From Parcubacteria group bacterium Gr01-1014_17 (lineage in GTDB: Bacteria; Patescibacteriota; Minisyncoccia; Phycocordibacterales; UBA10002), in contig VMFZ01000004.1 of the NCBI GenBank assembly GCA_007376285.1, forward strand, positions 300-64,299: a stretch of DNA of 64,000 nt, given 5' to 3'. Of the stretch, positions 1 through 9,922 are shown piece after piece (within the stretch, counting starts at the first letter, position 1; each line of letters begins with the position of its first letter). The notes under the pieces are model-generated. The model had not been told where the DNA came from and did not search any database. It saw nothing but the letters and a program-made list of their open reading frames with translations. The position numbers and the translations under genes were made by a program.

Positions 1-1167
1 CTTTCAAACGACCTCTGCTCCTTAAACCCCGACGAAGATAAGTTTGCATTTTCCGCCGTGTTTGAAATCAACGAAAAAGCAGAGGTGCTTTCGCGTTGGT
101 TCGGGCGCACCGTCATCCGCTCCGTCAAACGATTTACCTACGAAAACGCGCAAGAAGTTATTGATGCAAAAACGGGAGCGCTCTCCGAAGAACTTTTGAC
201 GCTGAATCGCCTCGCGAAAATAATGCAGGAGAAAAATCGCAAGGCGGGCGCGATTGATTTTGCGCAAGATGAAGTGAAGTTTGAACTGGACAAAGACGGC
301 TGGCCGGTGCGCGTGTATAAAAAGCCCCATCTGCAAACGCACAAGCTGATTGAAGAATGGATGCTCCTTGCGAACCGCGAAGTCGCGGAGTTTCTTTCGC
401 ACGCGCGCCCGCCTGCCGATCGGCGGGCAGGCGAAAAGCAGAAAAGCAAAGCACCCGTCTTATACCGCATCCACGACTTGCCCGACAGCGACAAAATAAC
501 CGAGCTTGCCCTATTTGTGCGTGCGCTCGGGCACCACTTGCCCATTACAGGTAAAAGTGTAACTGGTAAAGACCTTCAGCAATTGTTTAAGAAAATAGAG
601 GGCTCTGCGGAAGAAGCACTGATTAAAACAACGGCGCTCCGCTCAATGTCCAAGGCAATCTATTCAACCAAAAACATTGGACATTTTGGGTTGGCGATGC
701 CATTTTATACGCACTTCACCTCCCCTATCCGCCGCTACGCGGACTTGCTTATACACCGTATGCTCGCGGGGCATCTCCACGGAGAAAAGATGGATGAACA
801 GGAATGGTCGGAATATGAACGACTTGCGGCGCACATTACAGAAAAGGAAATCGCGGCGGCAGAAGCCGAGCGTGAGTCGGTGAAAATCAAGAAAGTAGAG
901 TATATGTCGGAGCGTGTGGGGCAAGAGTTTAGTGGTGTTATTTCCGGTGTTACCGAATGGGGCGTATATATAGAAGAGAACGACACCAAGGCGGAAGGTA
1001 TGGCGGCGCTCCGTAACTTTGGAGACGACTTCTACTCGTTGGATGAGAAGCATTACTGCATTGTCGGCGCGCGCTCAAAGAAAAAATATTCCCTCGGCGA
1101 CAAAGTGCGCTTCAAAATTCTCAGCGCCGACACGGAGCGCAAAACACTAGATTATCAGATTGTGTAA
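1..1167 (+). CDS. rnr: RNase R / RNase II family 3'-5' exoribonuclease, C-terminal part (5' end outside window)
   Basis: RNB-domain motif HFGLAMPFYTHFTSPIRRYADLLIHR and C-terminal S1-like region. The frame is open to the window edge. Confidence 0.8.
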   Translation, partial: LSNDLCSLNPDEDKFAFSAVFEINEKAEVLSRWFGRTVIRSVKRFTYENAQEVIDAKTGALSEELLTLNRLAKIMQEKNRKAGAIDFAQDEVKFELDKDGWPVRVYKKPHLQTHKLIEEWMLLANREVAEFLSHARPPADRRAGEKQKSKAPVLYRIHDLPDSDKITELALFVRALGHHLPITGKSVTGKDLQQLFKKIEGSAEEALIKTTALRSMSKAIYSTKNIGHFGLAMPFYTHFTSPIRRYADLLIHRMLAGHLHGEKMDEQEWSEYERLAAHITEKEIAAAEAERESVKIKKVEYMSERVGQEFSGVISGVTEWGVYIEENDTKAEGMAALRNFGDDFYSLDEKHYCIVGARSKKKYSLGDKVRFKILSADTERKTLDYQIV

Positions 1168-1177
1168 AAAAGAAAAC

Positions 1178-1211
1178 CGGCGAGGACGCATATTGCGCAC
1201 CTCACCGGTAA
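1178..1211 (+). terminator. hairpin followed by T-tract downstream of rnr
   Basis: accggcgagg...cctcaccggt stem followed by tctttttg. Confidence 0.4.
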
Positions 1212-1639
1212 TAAGACGATTACTTCTTTTTGATTTGAGTAACTCGGTATGTTACCCTTACGACGGTGTCTCGTTGGGGCATTGGTCCCGTCATTCGAGT
1301 CGGTCCACAAGGAACAGGGGCATGGTAATTGCTGACCGACACATAGTCCCAGTCCTCACACATAATCCGTCAAGTTGCGCGTGGTTGCGGGGTTTGCTAG
1401 TATGCAGATACAAATGCCTTCGGGCCGGCCCCCGCAAGGGGGAGAAAAGGAAAAGCCGTTAGAGTAAATCTCTCGCGGCTTTTCTTATTTTCTCAAACTT
1501 CTTTTTGTTCAAGAATCCTATTTTCTATATCTGGTGCCGGAAAAAGAGAGCGAGCAGAACCTCGTTGAGGCGCGCCGAGAAAGAGTTTTGCGAGCGCCTT
1601 ATTTGCCCATAAAACCAAAGTCGTGCAATACTGGACGGA

Positions 1640-3835
1640 ATGGCGCACAAATTGTTGATTGTTGAATCGCCTGCAAAGGCGAAAACCATCGGGAAATATC
1701 TCGGCGCGGATTTTGTTGTCAAAGCATCTATCGGTCATGTGCGGGACTTACCGAAGTCCAGTAAAAACGCCGTGGACATCGCGGCGGGTTTCGTACCGCA
1801 TTACGAAATCGTCAAGAAAAAAGAAACGGTAGTTGCAGAAATAACCGAAGCGGCGAAAAAAGCAAGCGAAGTGATTCTCGCGACCGACCCCGACCGCGAA
1901 GGCGAAGCAATCGCGTGGCACATTGCCGAAATCCTTAAAGAAAAACTCGGGAAAGCACGACCGCCCATAGCGCGCGCCGTCTACCACGAAATTACCAAAG
2001 AAGCGATTGAAGACGCGCTCGCGCATCCGCGCGCGGTAGACCAAAACCTGCGCAAAGCGCAAGAGGCGCGGCGCGTGTTGGACCGTCTTGTGGGCTATGA
2101 CCTTTCCGGGCTCATTTGGAAAAAAATCCGCTACGGGCTTTCCGCGGGCCGCGTGCAATCCCCCGCGCTCCGCATCCTTGCGGAGCGCGAGCGCGAGATT
2201 CTGGCGTTTGTACCAGAGACCTTCTGGGTGATTACCGCAGATACGGAAACGCCGTCTCGTGCAAAGCTCTTGCTCACCTGCTCAGAAGAACCGCGCGACA
2301 ATAAACTGGTAGAGAAAATTCTTGAGGAAGGAAAAAAGGGCGCGTGGAGCATTACGGATGTATCCGAGACCAAAACAAAACGCGCGCCGAAGCCGCCCTT
2401 TATTACTTCAACGCTCCAACAAGCCGCATCAACGCGCCTCGGTTTTTCTCCAAAGCGGACGATGCTCCTTGCGCAAAAGCTCTACGAAGCGGGACAGATT
2501 ACCTATATGCGCACCGACTCCACCAACCTCGCCGAGTCGGCGCGCGCGCAAATTGCGGGCGTGATTAGCAAAGAGTTTGGAAAAGAACTTGTTGCGCTTC
2601 GCACCTACAGCGGCAAAGTGAAGAACGCACAAGAGGCGCACGAGGCGATTCGCCCGACTCATTTCTCGCAAAAAAACGCGGGCGCAACGCCCGAGCAGAA
2701 GAAACTCTACGACCTTATCTGGAAGCGCACCGTTGCCTCGCAAATGCCTGACGCGGAAATGCTTCGTACCAAAATTACGGCAAATATTGCCGAGAAAAAC
2801 ATTCCGGATTTTGCGGCAAATGGCGTACGACTCTTATCGGAAGGGTGGCTCTGTGCCGATCCGGAGGCACACGGCGAGGATGTGGAATTACCCAAAGCAT
2901 CAGTTGGCGATGCACTCGCGCTGCTCGCGCTCAACACACAAGAAAAACAGACCGAACCGCCTTCGCGTTACAGCGAAGCGGGGCTGGTAAAAGAACTTGA
3001 GAAGCGCGGCATCGGGCGACCATCCACCTACGCCTCTATTATGGAGACATTAGTTGAACGCGAATATGTAACGCGCGAAAATCGTTCTCTCAAACCCACC
3101 GACACCGGTATGGTGGTCAGCGGCTTTTTGGAAAAACATTTCGCTTCTTACATCAACGATTCGTTCACCGCAGAAATGGAAGACAAACTAGACGACATTG
3201 CAAACGGAAGCCGCGAATATGAAAAGACCTTGAAAGAGTTCTATGTTCCTTTTCACAAAGATGTGAAGTCAAAAGAAAAACTTGATAAAGCAACAACACT
3301 TGGCAACGCGCCGAAAGAATTCAAATGTCCGCCTTGCGGAGGGCCGATGGTTTGGAAGCTCGGGCGCAGCGGAAAGTTTCTTTCCTGCGAACGCTTTCCA
3401 GATTGCACTGGAGCGCTCACCGCAGAGGGGCAGGAAATAAAACCAGACGAGCCGATCGGAAAAGACACGAACACCGGCGAGGATATCTTTCTACTGAACG
3501 GCCGATTCGGCTTTTATGTGCAGGTAGGAAAGTTAGAAAAAGGCGCGAAAAAAAAGGATGCCCCTAAACTCCGGCGCGCGAGCGTTCCGCGCTCGTTTGA
3601 TGTGTCCAAACTCACGGTTGCGGATGCGCTCAAGTTCCTTTCGTTGCCCCGCGTACTAGGCACACACCTGGCGACCGGCAAAGACATTAGTGCAAACATA
3701 GGCCGATTCGGTCCATATATCGTGCACGATGGCGACTTCCGTTCGCTCAAACCGCCCGACAACCCGTACGACATCGCCCTCCCCCGCGCGCTTGAGATTC
3801 TGAAAGAAGAAAAAAAGACCAGAGGCAAAAAATAA
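1640..3835 (+). CDS. topA: DNA topoisomerase I
   Basis: N-terminus MAHKLLIVESPAKAKTIGKYLG (Toprim); C-terminal zinc ribbons CPPCGG...CERFPDC; 731 aa. Confidence 0.95.
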   Translation: MAHKLLIVESPAKAKTIGKYLGADFVVKASIGHVRDLPKSSKNAVDIAAGFVPHYEIVKKKETVVAEITEAAKKASEVILATDPDREGEAIAWHIAEILKEKLGKARPPIARAVYHEITKEAIEDALAHPRAVDQNLRKAQEARRVLDRLVGYDLSGLIWKKIRYGLSAGRVQSPALRILAEREREILAFVPETFWVITADTETPSRAKLLLTCSEEPRDNKLVEKILEEGKKGAWSITDVSETKTKRAPKPPFITSTLQQAASTRLGFSPKRTMLLAQKLYEAGQITYMRTDSTNLAESARAQIAGVISKEFGKELVALRTYSGKVKNAQEAHEAIRPTHFSQKNAGATPEQKKLYDLIWKRTVASQMPDAEMLRTKITANIAEKNIPDFAANGVRLLSEGWLCADPEAHGEDVELPKASVGDALALLALNTQEKQTEPPSRYSEAGLVKELEKRGIGRPSTYASIMETLVEREYVTRENRSLKPTDTGMVVSGFLEKHFASYINDSFTAEMEDKLDDIANGSREYEKTLKEFYVPFHKDVKSKEKLDKATTLGNAPKEFKCPPCGGPMVWKLGRSGKFLSCERFPDCTGALTAEGQEIKPDEPIGKDTNTGEDIFLLNGRFGFYVQVGKLEKGAKKKDAPKLRRASVPRSFDVSKLTVADALKFLSLPRVLGTHLATGKDISANIGRFGPYIVHDGDFRSLKPPDNPYDIALPRALEILKEEKKTRGKK

Positions 3836-3838
3836 GAG

Positions 3839-3859
3839 GACTGCACGCCGTGCAGTCCT
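3839..3859. terminator. bidirectional hairpin between convergent topA and sigma genes
   Basis: ggactgcacgccgtgcagtcc perfect stem. Confidence 0.55.
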
Positions 3860-4743
3860 CAAGGTCTTCGTTTCCATTCCGACTCGCCAAGGAGTATCCG
3901 CATACGCGAAGGCGTTCGAAGTTTACGAAGTGCTCGCGCCTCAATTTGGCGGATGCGCTCGCGAGTTACCTTGAACTTTTTCCCGACCTCCTCAAGCGTC
4001 AATCCATAACCGCCGTCAGAGAAACCAAAACGATCTTTGAGTATGTGCTGTTCTCGCTCCGAAAGTGTCCCAAGCGCCTGCTCAAGACTGGAGAGAAGCG
4101 TCTCCCGTTCCACACGAGCCGAGGGATCAACCGCATGCTCATCGGGAATCACATCACCAAGGAATGTCTCGTGGCCTTCATCGTTCCGCGAGATTGGGAT
4201 ATTTAGCGATACCGTGAAGGCAAGATTGAGGCATCGTTCGACGAACTCGGGGGTCTCTCCGGTCGCCGCGGCAAGCTCAATTGTTGAAGGTACCCGCCCA
4301 AACTCCTCAGCAAGCTCGTCGCTTATGCGCAGAATGCGCCAGCGACGGGAAAGTGCGTGTACTGGAATTCTGATGACACGCGCTTGATTTGCTATCGCGC
4401 GCATCATGCACTGCCTTATCCACCATCTCGCATAGGTAGTGAGCTTAAAACCTTTGCTTGGCTTGAAATGTTCAACCGCTTTCATGAGGCCAATATTTCC
4501 TTCCTGTATCAACTCCAAGAAACTTAGTCCGTATCCGACATATCCTTTTGCTAACAAAATCACAAACCGCAGATTGTGCTGGATAATTTTATCCCACACA
4601 CCGCGATTTTTGGTTTTCTTAAACTTTCGGCACAAGCGGACAGTCTCGTCTGGAGGTAGGACAGGAAATTCGCTGACTTCACGAAGGTATGCTGCAACTG
4701 AATCGCTCTCCTCCCACATCCTCTGACCATTTTTGGTCATCAT
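3859..4743 (-). CDS. rpoD: RNA polymerase sigma-70 family factor (compact group-1-like)
   Basis: region 2 TYARWWIRQ and region 4 [18 protein letters not shown]. Confidence 0.85.
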   Translation of the reverse strand: MMTKNGQRMWEESDSVAAYLREVSEFPVLPPDETVRLCRKFKKTKNRGVWDKIIQHNLRFVILLAKGYVGYGLSFLELIQEGNIGLMKAVEHFKPSKGFKLTTYARWWIRQCMMRAIANQARVIRIPVHALSRRWRILRISDELAEEFGRVPSTIELAAATGETPEFVERCLNLAFTVSLNIPISRNDEGHETFLGDVIPDEHAVDPSARVERETLLSSLEQALGTLSEREQHILKDRFGFSDGGYGLTLEEVGKKFKVTRERIRQIEARALRKLRTPSRMRILLGESEWKRRP

Positions 4744-4816
4744 AATGAACTCCTTTCTTTAATCTCGCGCCATACTACTATATAACAAATGGATTCGCAA
4801 GAAGACATTTTCACCA

Positions 4817-5440
4817 CTATTTCAAAATCACTTTTTCCAAGATAATCGGGGATTTTGGAATATCGCGCGCGCCGACTTCGGCGTGGCTTATGGCGAGCGC
4901 GACATCAAGTCCAGCCGTCACTTTTGCAAAAATCGTGTGCTTGCCCGCGAGCCATGGCGTTTCTTTCGCCGTTACCACAAAAAACTGGCTGCCGTTTGTG
5001 TTAGGCCCTGAGTTCGCCATAGCGACTGCTCCGCGCATAAATTTTTCATCATTTATTTCGTCCGCAAACTGATAACCGGGCCCGCCCGTGCCCCACAACT
5101 CGCTATGCGTGTCGTCTTTGGAAAGCGGGTCGCCACCTTGAATCATAAAGTCCGCAATCACGCGATGGAACTTGGTGCCGTCAAAAAAACCTTTCTCGAC
5201 AAGAGCGATAAAATTTGCAACTGTCTTCGGCGCTTTGTCGTGCAAAAACGAAATCTGAACCGAGCCGTAGTTTGTTTTGAGCGTTGCACCGCTCCACTGC
5301 CTTGCGACGCGCTCCGCGCCGTTTGCTTCTATTGCCTGCTTTACATCTTTTGCGCCATTAGCAAAATACCACCAGAGCCCAAGTGCCGCGGCAACCAACA
5401 CCAGCGCAACAATAAATGGAATTCGAAATTCTTTCATCAT
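4817..5440 (-). CDS. cyclophilin-type peptidyl-prolyl cis-trans isomerase, membrane-anchored
   Basis: FHRVIADFMIQGGDP motif. The N-terminal TM helix follows the internal MMKEF start; the upstream part of the track ORF is probably untranslated. Confidence 0.8.
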   Translation of the reverse strand: MMKEFRIPFIVALVLVAAALGLWWYFANGAKDVKQAIEANGAERVARQWSGATLKTNYGSVQISFLHDKAPKTVANFIALVEKGFFDGTKFHRVIADFMIQGGDPLSKDDTHSELWGTGGPGYQFADEINDEKFMRGAVAMANSGPNTNGSQFFVVTAKETPWLAGKHTIFAKVTAGLDVALAISHAEVGARDIPKSPIILEKVILK

Positions 5441-5441
5441 A

Positions 5442-5909
5442 TTATTTCTTCCACCACTTCCACTTAATAGATGGCACTTTGAAACGAGGCATGCGGGGCA
5501 TCTTGAAGCGCGGCACGCGCACATACTTCTTGCCCGTGCCATACCAACCGCGAAGCATTTCCTTCACGGCGCGCCGACTACGGCGCAAAAACGAAATATA
5601 TCTTCCCTTCGCGCGGCCGAGCCCTGTCTCAAGCTCATCGCGCGCATCACTGATTGCCGTATGAATATCGCTCCGCTCCGCAACGGCGCGGAATGTCCCG
5701 CGCCGCGAACGAATGTTAAACTCGGCGCGGAATATATCGCCTTTTTCATGATGATGCGTCGTGCGACCCACCTCAATTTGCACCTTGAGCGTCGGGTCGT
5801 CAAGAGCAATCAAACCCGCGAGCGACAAAAAGCGGCGCTCCACAAACTCGCGCAACTCCGGCGAGAGCTCTATGTTGGTTGCTTTTATGTTAAAAGAAAG
5901 CGGCAACAT
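5442..5909 (-). CDS. hpf: ribosome hibernation promoting factor (S30AE/HPF family)
   Basis: N-terminus FNIKATNIELSPELREFVE is typical of HPF/RaiA. It has a basic C-terminal tail. Confidence 0.75.
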   Translation of the reverse strand: MLPLSFNIKATNIELSPELREFVERRFLSLAGLIALDDPTLKVQIEVGRTTHHHEKGDIFRAEFNIRSRRGTFRAVAERSDIHTAISDARDELETGLGRAKGRYISFLRRSRRAVKEMLRGWYGTGKKYVRVPRFKMPRMPRFKVPSIKWKWWKK

Positions 5910-5925
5910 TATTTTCTATTATAAC

Positions 5926-6576
5926 TTACTTTATATTTACTTTGTAACGCGCGATAAGTTCTGTTTGCGCCAACACATACCCTTTCATCTCCGTCAATAT
6001 CTCCGCCTTAGTACTTCCCACACGAAGCGGGAGCGTGCGGCTCAATGCATATACGCGAAATACATACTTATGTTCTTTTTGGTCGGATGGACACGAACCA
6101 CCATATCCGATTTTTCCCCAAGAATTAAGGCCTACTCTACCCGGCGGCTCTTTGCCTTCAGGAATTTCGCGAACTGTAGGCGGAATGTTGAACACAACCC
6201 AATGAGTCCGCGTTCCTCCTACTGCATCAGAGTCATCCATAATTAAAACAAGCGATTGCGCTTTTTCCGGCACGCCAGATATAGAGAGTGGTGGAGATAT
6301 ATTTAAACCACTTGTGGTGAGCGCAGTCGAACCATCACAAGTGTAGCGCGCAGGCATCACGCTTCCGTTTGCAAACACTGTACTTGAAAGCGCAAATGCT
6401 TGTTTCTTCGGTTCTGCGTTTATTTCAGCGCTTCCAATTCCTGCAACTTGCTCGGTACTGGGTGGTGTGGAAAGAAATTTTATAAACCCATCAAACCACG
6501 ATGTGCCCGACGGGTTAAACGCGAGCAAAGAAAACAAAAGTGTGATTCCCAAAATAATTCCTCCAGCGAGTTCCAT
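5926..6576 (-). CDS. YbhB/YbcL family PEBP-like protein, membrane-anchored
   Basis: PEBP motifs SLVLIMDDSDAVGGTRTHWVVFNIP ... GYGGSCP ... HKYVFRVYAL. Confidence 0.7.
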   Translation of the reverse strand: MELAGGIILGITLLFSLLAFNPSGTSWFDGFIKFLSTPPSTEQVAGIGSAEINAEPKKQAFALSSTVFANGSVMPARYTCDGSTALTTSGLNISPPLSISGVPEKAQSLVLIMDDSDAVGGTRTHWVVFNIPPTVREIPEGKEPPGRVGLNSWGKIGYGGSCPSDQKEHKYVFRVYALSRTLPLRVGSTKAEILTEMKGYVLAQTELIARYKVNIK

Positions 6577-6597
6577 TCTTGTCTTATAACACAAAAA

Positions 6598-7182
6598 TTA
6601 CTTGCGCGCAACCTTGAGCGCATTCCCCCACCACGCAAGTTGCGCGAGCATTTCATCTGCGGACTCGGTAAGCGTGTCGGTTTTGAGCTTGCCGCTTTTA
6701 TCAAGCAACCCCCAGAAATTTTGGATGTGCACAGCGTTTCGGATAGGCGCCATTTGAAGTTCAATCGCCACGAGCCGCAGTTGTTCAACAACGCGCGCGC
6801 CACCAACGCCACCCCAACTCACAAATCCAACCGGCTTGTTGTTCCATTCCGCGTACGCATAATCCAGCGCGTTTTTCAACACCGCAGGATATCCGTGATT
6901 GTATTCTGGCGAACAAATAATAAACGCGTCTTTTTCTTTTATTTTCTCCGCCCACTTTTTAACCGCGGGGTTTTTGTAGTCCGTTCCCCCCATAAATGGC
7001 GACGACGACTGGTCAAAAAATGGTAACGGGTAGTCGCGCAAATCCAAAAGCTCCGCCTCAATGCCCACGCGCTTGTTCGCCTCGCCATATATCCAGCGCG
7101 CGGGCTGTTCGCCAAACCGCCCCTGCCTCGTGCTCCCCACAATTACTCCAACCTTCAACTTTTTTCCACTTTGTTTTTTCAT
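6598..7182 (-). CDS. NAD(P)H-dependent FMN reductase (flavodoxin-like fold)
   Basis: KVGVIVGSTRQGRF ... FIICSPEYNHGYPAVLKNALD. The start is taken at the internal MKKQ. Confidence 0.75.
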   Translation of the reverse strand: MKKQSGKKLKVGVIVGSTRQGRFGEQPARWIYGEANKRVGIEAELLDLRDYPLPFFDQSSSPFMGGTDYKNPAVKKWAEKIKEKDAFIICSPEYNHGYPAVLKNALDYAYAEWNNKPVGFVSWGGVGGARVVEQLRLVAIELQMAPIRNAVHIQNFWGLLDKSGKLKTDTLTESADEMLAQLAWWGNALKVARK

Positions 7183-7297
7183 AGAATGTAAATGATACCA
7201 TACGCGCTTATTTTTCCACCACAACCCTCCTACTTTCCTAGGAATGTAGGAGGAACAGCACAACATTCAATACGCCACCCGTGTGGCGTATTACGAC

Positions 7298-7603
7298 TTA
7301 CAGTAAACGGTAGGTTACATAGTGGCCTACCTTACCCACTTGCTCCACCTTGCCCTCGCGCTCAAGTTCGTCTAAGTAGCGCACAGCGGTGCGTGGAGAT
7401 ACGCCGAGCGCGGCGCGGATTTCGGTGTTGGAGAGTTCGCGTTTATCTTGAAAAAGAGAAAGTATTTTTTGCTTGCGCGCCTGTTTTTGCGACGCTGTCT
7501 CAATCGCCGAGGCACAAATACCGACAACCTGCTCCCTCGTTCTCCTTGAGAGCAAAAGAACAATAACAACAATCCCGATGATGATTAAAATTATTTGCGT
7601 CAT
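7298..7603 (-). CDS. small membrane-anchored winged-helix DNA-binding protein; last gene of the R-M island operon
   Basis: N-terminal TM helix plus wHTH NTEIRAALGVSPRTAVRYLDELEREGKV. It lies 9 nt downstream of the res stop. Confidence 0.5.
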   Translation of the reverse strand: MTQIILIIIGIVVIVLLLSRRTREQVVGICASAIETASQKQARKQKILSLFQDKRELSNTEIRAALGVSPRTAVRYLDELEREGKVEQVGKVGHYVTYRLL

Positions 7604-7612
7604 TGGGTTAGT

Positions 7613-9922
7613 TTATTTATGCTTTTTTATCGTCTCAACAATGTCGTTTGTTTTCACCTTTTCCGCCAGCAAAAATTGAAACCGCTCACCGCTCAGTTCC
7701 GCCCATTTCTCGCCAAGTTCTTTTTTATAGTTCGTATCTTCCGAACCTTTCAGTTGTCCGCCTTTGTATTCAATTAAAAAGATATCTCCATTTTTTGTAC
7801 TTACCACGAAGTCGGCGAAAAATCGCGCCTTTTTCCAGCCGCTCAAACAGAAACCACTGTCTTTCGGATTTCGCACCCACCATTCAACATTTTCCAAATT
7901 ATCAATCTTTTTTATGAACTCAATCTCTTCTTTGTTTAAGTAGTCCGCTTTATCGTAGACGCACTTGCTGAACGGTTCGCGTGAAATACGCGCAAAAGAA
8001 AACTCTTGCGGGAAAACAAAACTCTCCCCATTTGATTTCAGCATCCCTTTTTTCTCTAAATCCACAAATCGCTTTCGCGCCACTTTCTCAATAATCGCAT
8101 CAAGCGCGACATCTAGTTTTTCTTTTAATTCATATCGCACGCGATTGAGCGTCTTAAGCGACACTCCTTCCTTTTGAAGCAACCCAGCCAGCACGCGCCC
8201 AACGAACGCTGACATTTCTTTCTGCGAAATAAACTCTCGTCTTACTTTCTTACAGAGCCACGCGATAAGCCGTTCAATGTTTTCTCCTCCCCATTCGTCA
8301 GACACAGTGTATGTCCCTAACTTTTCTCTTACCAACTCGCCTTTTCGGTTGAAATCAATTTCAATCATCTCGCTCGCGCCGCTACCGACAGAAAATCCTA
8401 TATCAGCCGCCACTCCCACAAGCAGAGGCGCGTTTCCGATAATATCTTCCACATAGTCAAGTTTCCTCCACACGCCGTTTTCTTTTTGCATATTAATATA
8501 CGGCAATTTTATCTCTTCGCGCACTTTCTTTTGCGCGATACCGCCTCCAAGTGCAACTCCACCGTCTTCAATTTCTATCTGCTCGTAGCCGTTTTTCTTG
8601 AGTGCTTCAATAACTGCATCCGCCGTTTTGGTAAAACTGTTTGTTGCACCGAACACATACGCTTTGTTAAGTTCCTCCGCCGCGTGCTCCCGAACATACG
8701 GCAAACGCATTACCCGCCCGATGGTTTGCTCCACCGAGAGCGCGGCGCCAAGATTGGAAACAGACACAAGAATATACGCAAAGGGACAGTCCCACCCCTC
8801 TTTAAGCGCATTGACGGTAATAATGTAACGAATCGGGCAGTCGCTCTTCAAGAGTTTTTCCCCATCCGGCAAGTCGTCATTTTTTGCCGTTTTAATCGCA
8901 ATTTCTCCTTCATCTATTCTCGCCTCATCAACCAGAAACTTCTTAATCTGCTGAACAAACACCCGTTTTTCGCTCTCTTTTTCTTGCTCCGCCTGTATGA
9001 GCATAATCGGGCGAATATATCCGGTTTTGTTTTTGTCTGCCGACTCTTCCAATTCTTTCCGTTTTTTTATGCCCGCCAAAATTGTCTCTTCCCACGGCGT
9101 TACATTCAGCAAACGAATCGGCATCTTTATCATCTTTTGCTTTTGCAATTCCCGCGCCTCTATTTCAAGTAAGATATTGCTCTCGGCGCGCGGCGTTGCC
9201 GTGAATTCAAGCACAAAAGATGGATTCAGCACTTGTATCGTCTCAAAAGACAAGTCCGCTCCGATATTGTGCCCCTCGTCCACCACCACAAATGGATTAT
9301 GCAAACGAATCACATTCGCCAAAGAAAAAACAACCTCGTTATTTTTGCTTTTTTGCAAAAGCGGAGCCACTCTTTCCGGCAAGTCCTCAAAATGCCCCAT
9401 CAGTTCTCCATTGCTCTGAAATACTTTCAGCGCGTCTCTCTGCTCCCGCCGAAACGCGCTCAAGGTTGAAACGACAATGCACACATTTTCCGCAATGTCG
9501 CTTTTCTTGATTGTTTTCGCTTCGCCTACATTAAACACCTTCACCTTCGCGTCAAATCGCGCGTCAATCGCGCTACGAATATCATTAGTGCGATTTTTGA
9601 GCACGCGAAGCGTTTGTTTCAGAATCGCGTCAGACGGCACAAACCACATAACTAAACCAGCATCCCCGCGCTCTTTCAGAAATGAGTCAAAAATAACACC
9701 AACGGAGTGCGCCGCGATGAGCGTTTTGCCTCCGCCGGTCGGCACTTTAATGCATACAATCGGCGCGTTGTTTTCGTCAGAAAAATCCTGATACTGCCGC
9801 TCCGAAACGCTTAATTTTCCAAACGCAAAACGCGCGCCGTCTTCCGGCGGATATTTTTTGCATTCCACTGCATACTCGCGCAGTTTATCCAGACAATCCT
9901 GTTGGTATTTTTTGAGTTGCAT
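7613..9922 (-). CDS. res: Type III restriction endonuclease Res subunit (SF2 helicase plus endonuclease)
   Basis: Walker A VPTGGGKTLIAAH and DEAH box VVVDEGHN; 769 aa. Its start overlaps the gene X stop in a TAATG arrangement. Confidence 0.85.
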   Translation of the reverse strand: MQLKKYQQDCLDKLREYAVECKKYPPEDGARFAFGKLSVSERQYQDFSDENNAPIVCIKVPTGGGKTLIAAHSVGVIFDSFLKERGDAGLVMWFVPSDAILKQTLRVLKNRTNDIRSAIDARFDAKVKVFNVGEAKTIKKSDIAENVCIVVSTLSAFRREQRDALKVFQSNGELMGHFEDLPERVAPLLQKSKNNEVVFSLANVIRLHNPFVVVDEGHNIGADLSFETIQVLNPSFVLEFTATPRAESNILLEIEARELQKQKMIKMPIRLLNVTPWEETILAGIKKRKELEESADKNKTGYIRPIMLIQAEQEKESEKRVFVQQIKKFLVDEARIDEGEIAIKTAKNDDLPDGEKLLKSDCPIRYIITVNALKEGWDCPFAYILVSVSNLGAALSVEQTIGRVMRLPYVREHAAEELNKAYVFGATNSFTKTADAVIEALKKNGYEQIEIEDGGVALGGGIAQKKVREEIKLPYINMQKENGVWRKLDYVEDIIGNAPLLVGVAADIGFSVGSGASEMIEIDFNRKGELVREKLGTYTVSDEWGGENIERLIAWLCKKVRREFISQKEMSAFVGRVLAGLLQKEGVSLKTLNRVRYELKEKLDVALDAIIEKVARKRFVDLEKKGMLKSNGESFVFPQEFSFARISREPFSKCVYDKADYLNKEEIEFIKKIDNLENVEWWVRNPKDSGFCLSGWKKARFFADFVVSTKNGDIFLIEYKGGQLKGSEDTNYKKELGEKWAELSGERFQFLLAEKVKTNDIVETIKKHK

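Noticed and set aside
1160-1462. 100-aa ORF in the rnr-topA spacer
   Set aside because: Composition and hairpins indicate structured non-coding DNA with a terminator. No RBS or domain signal.
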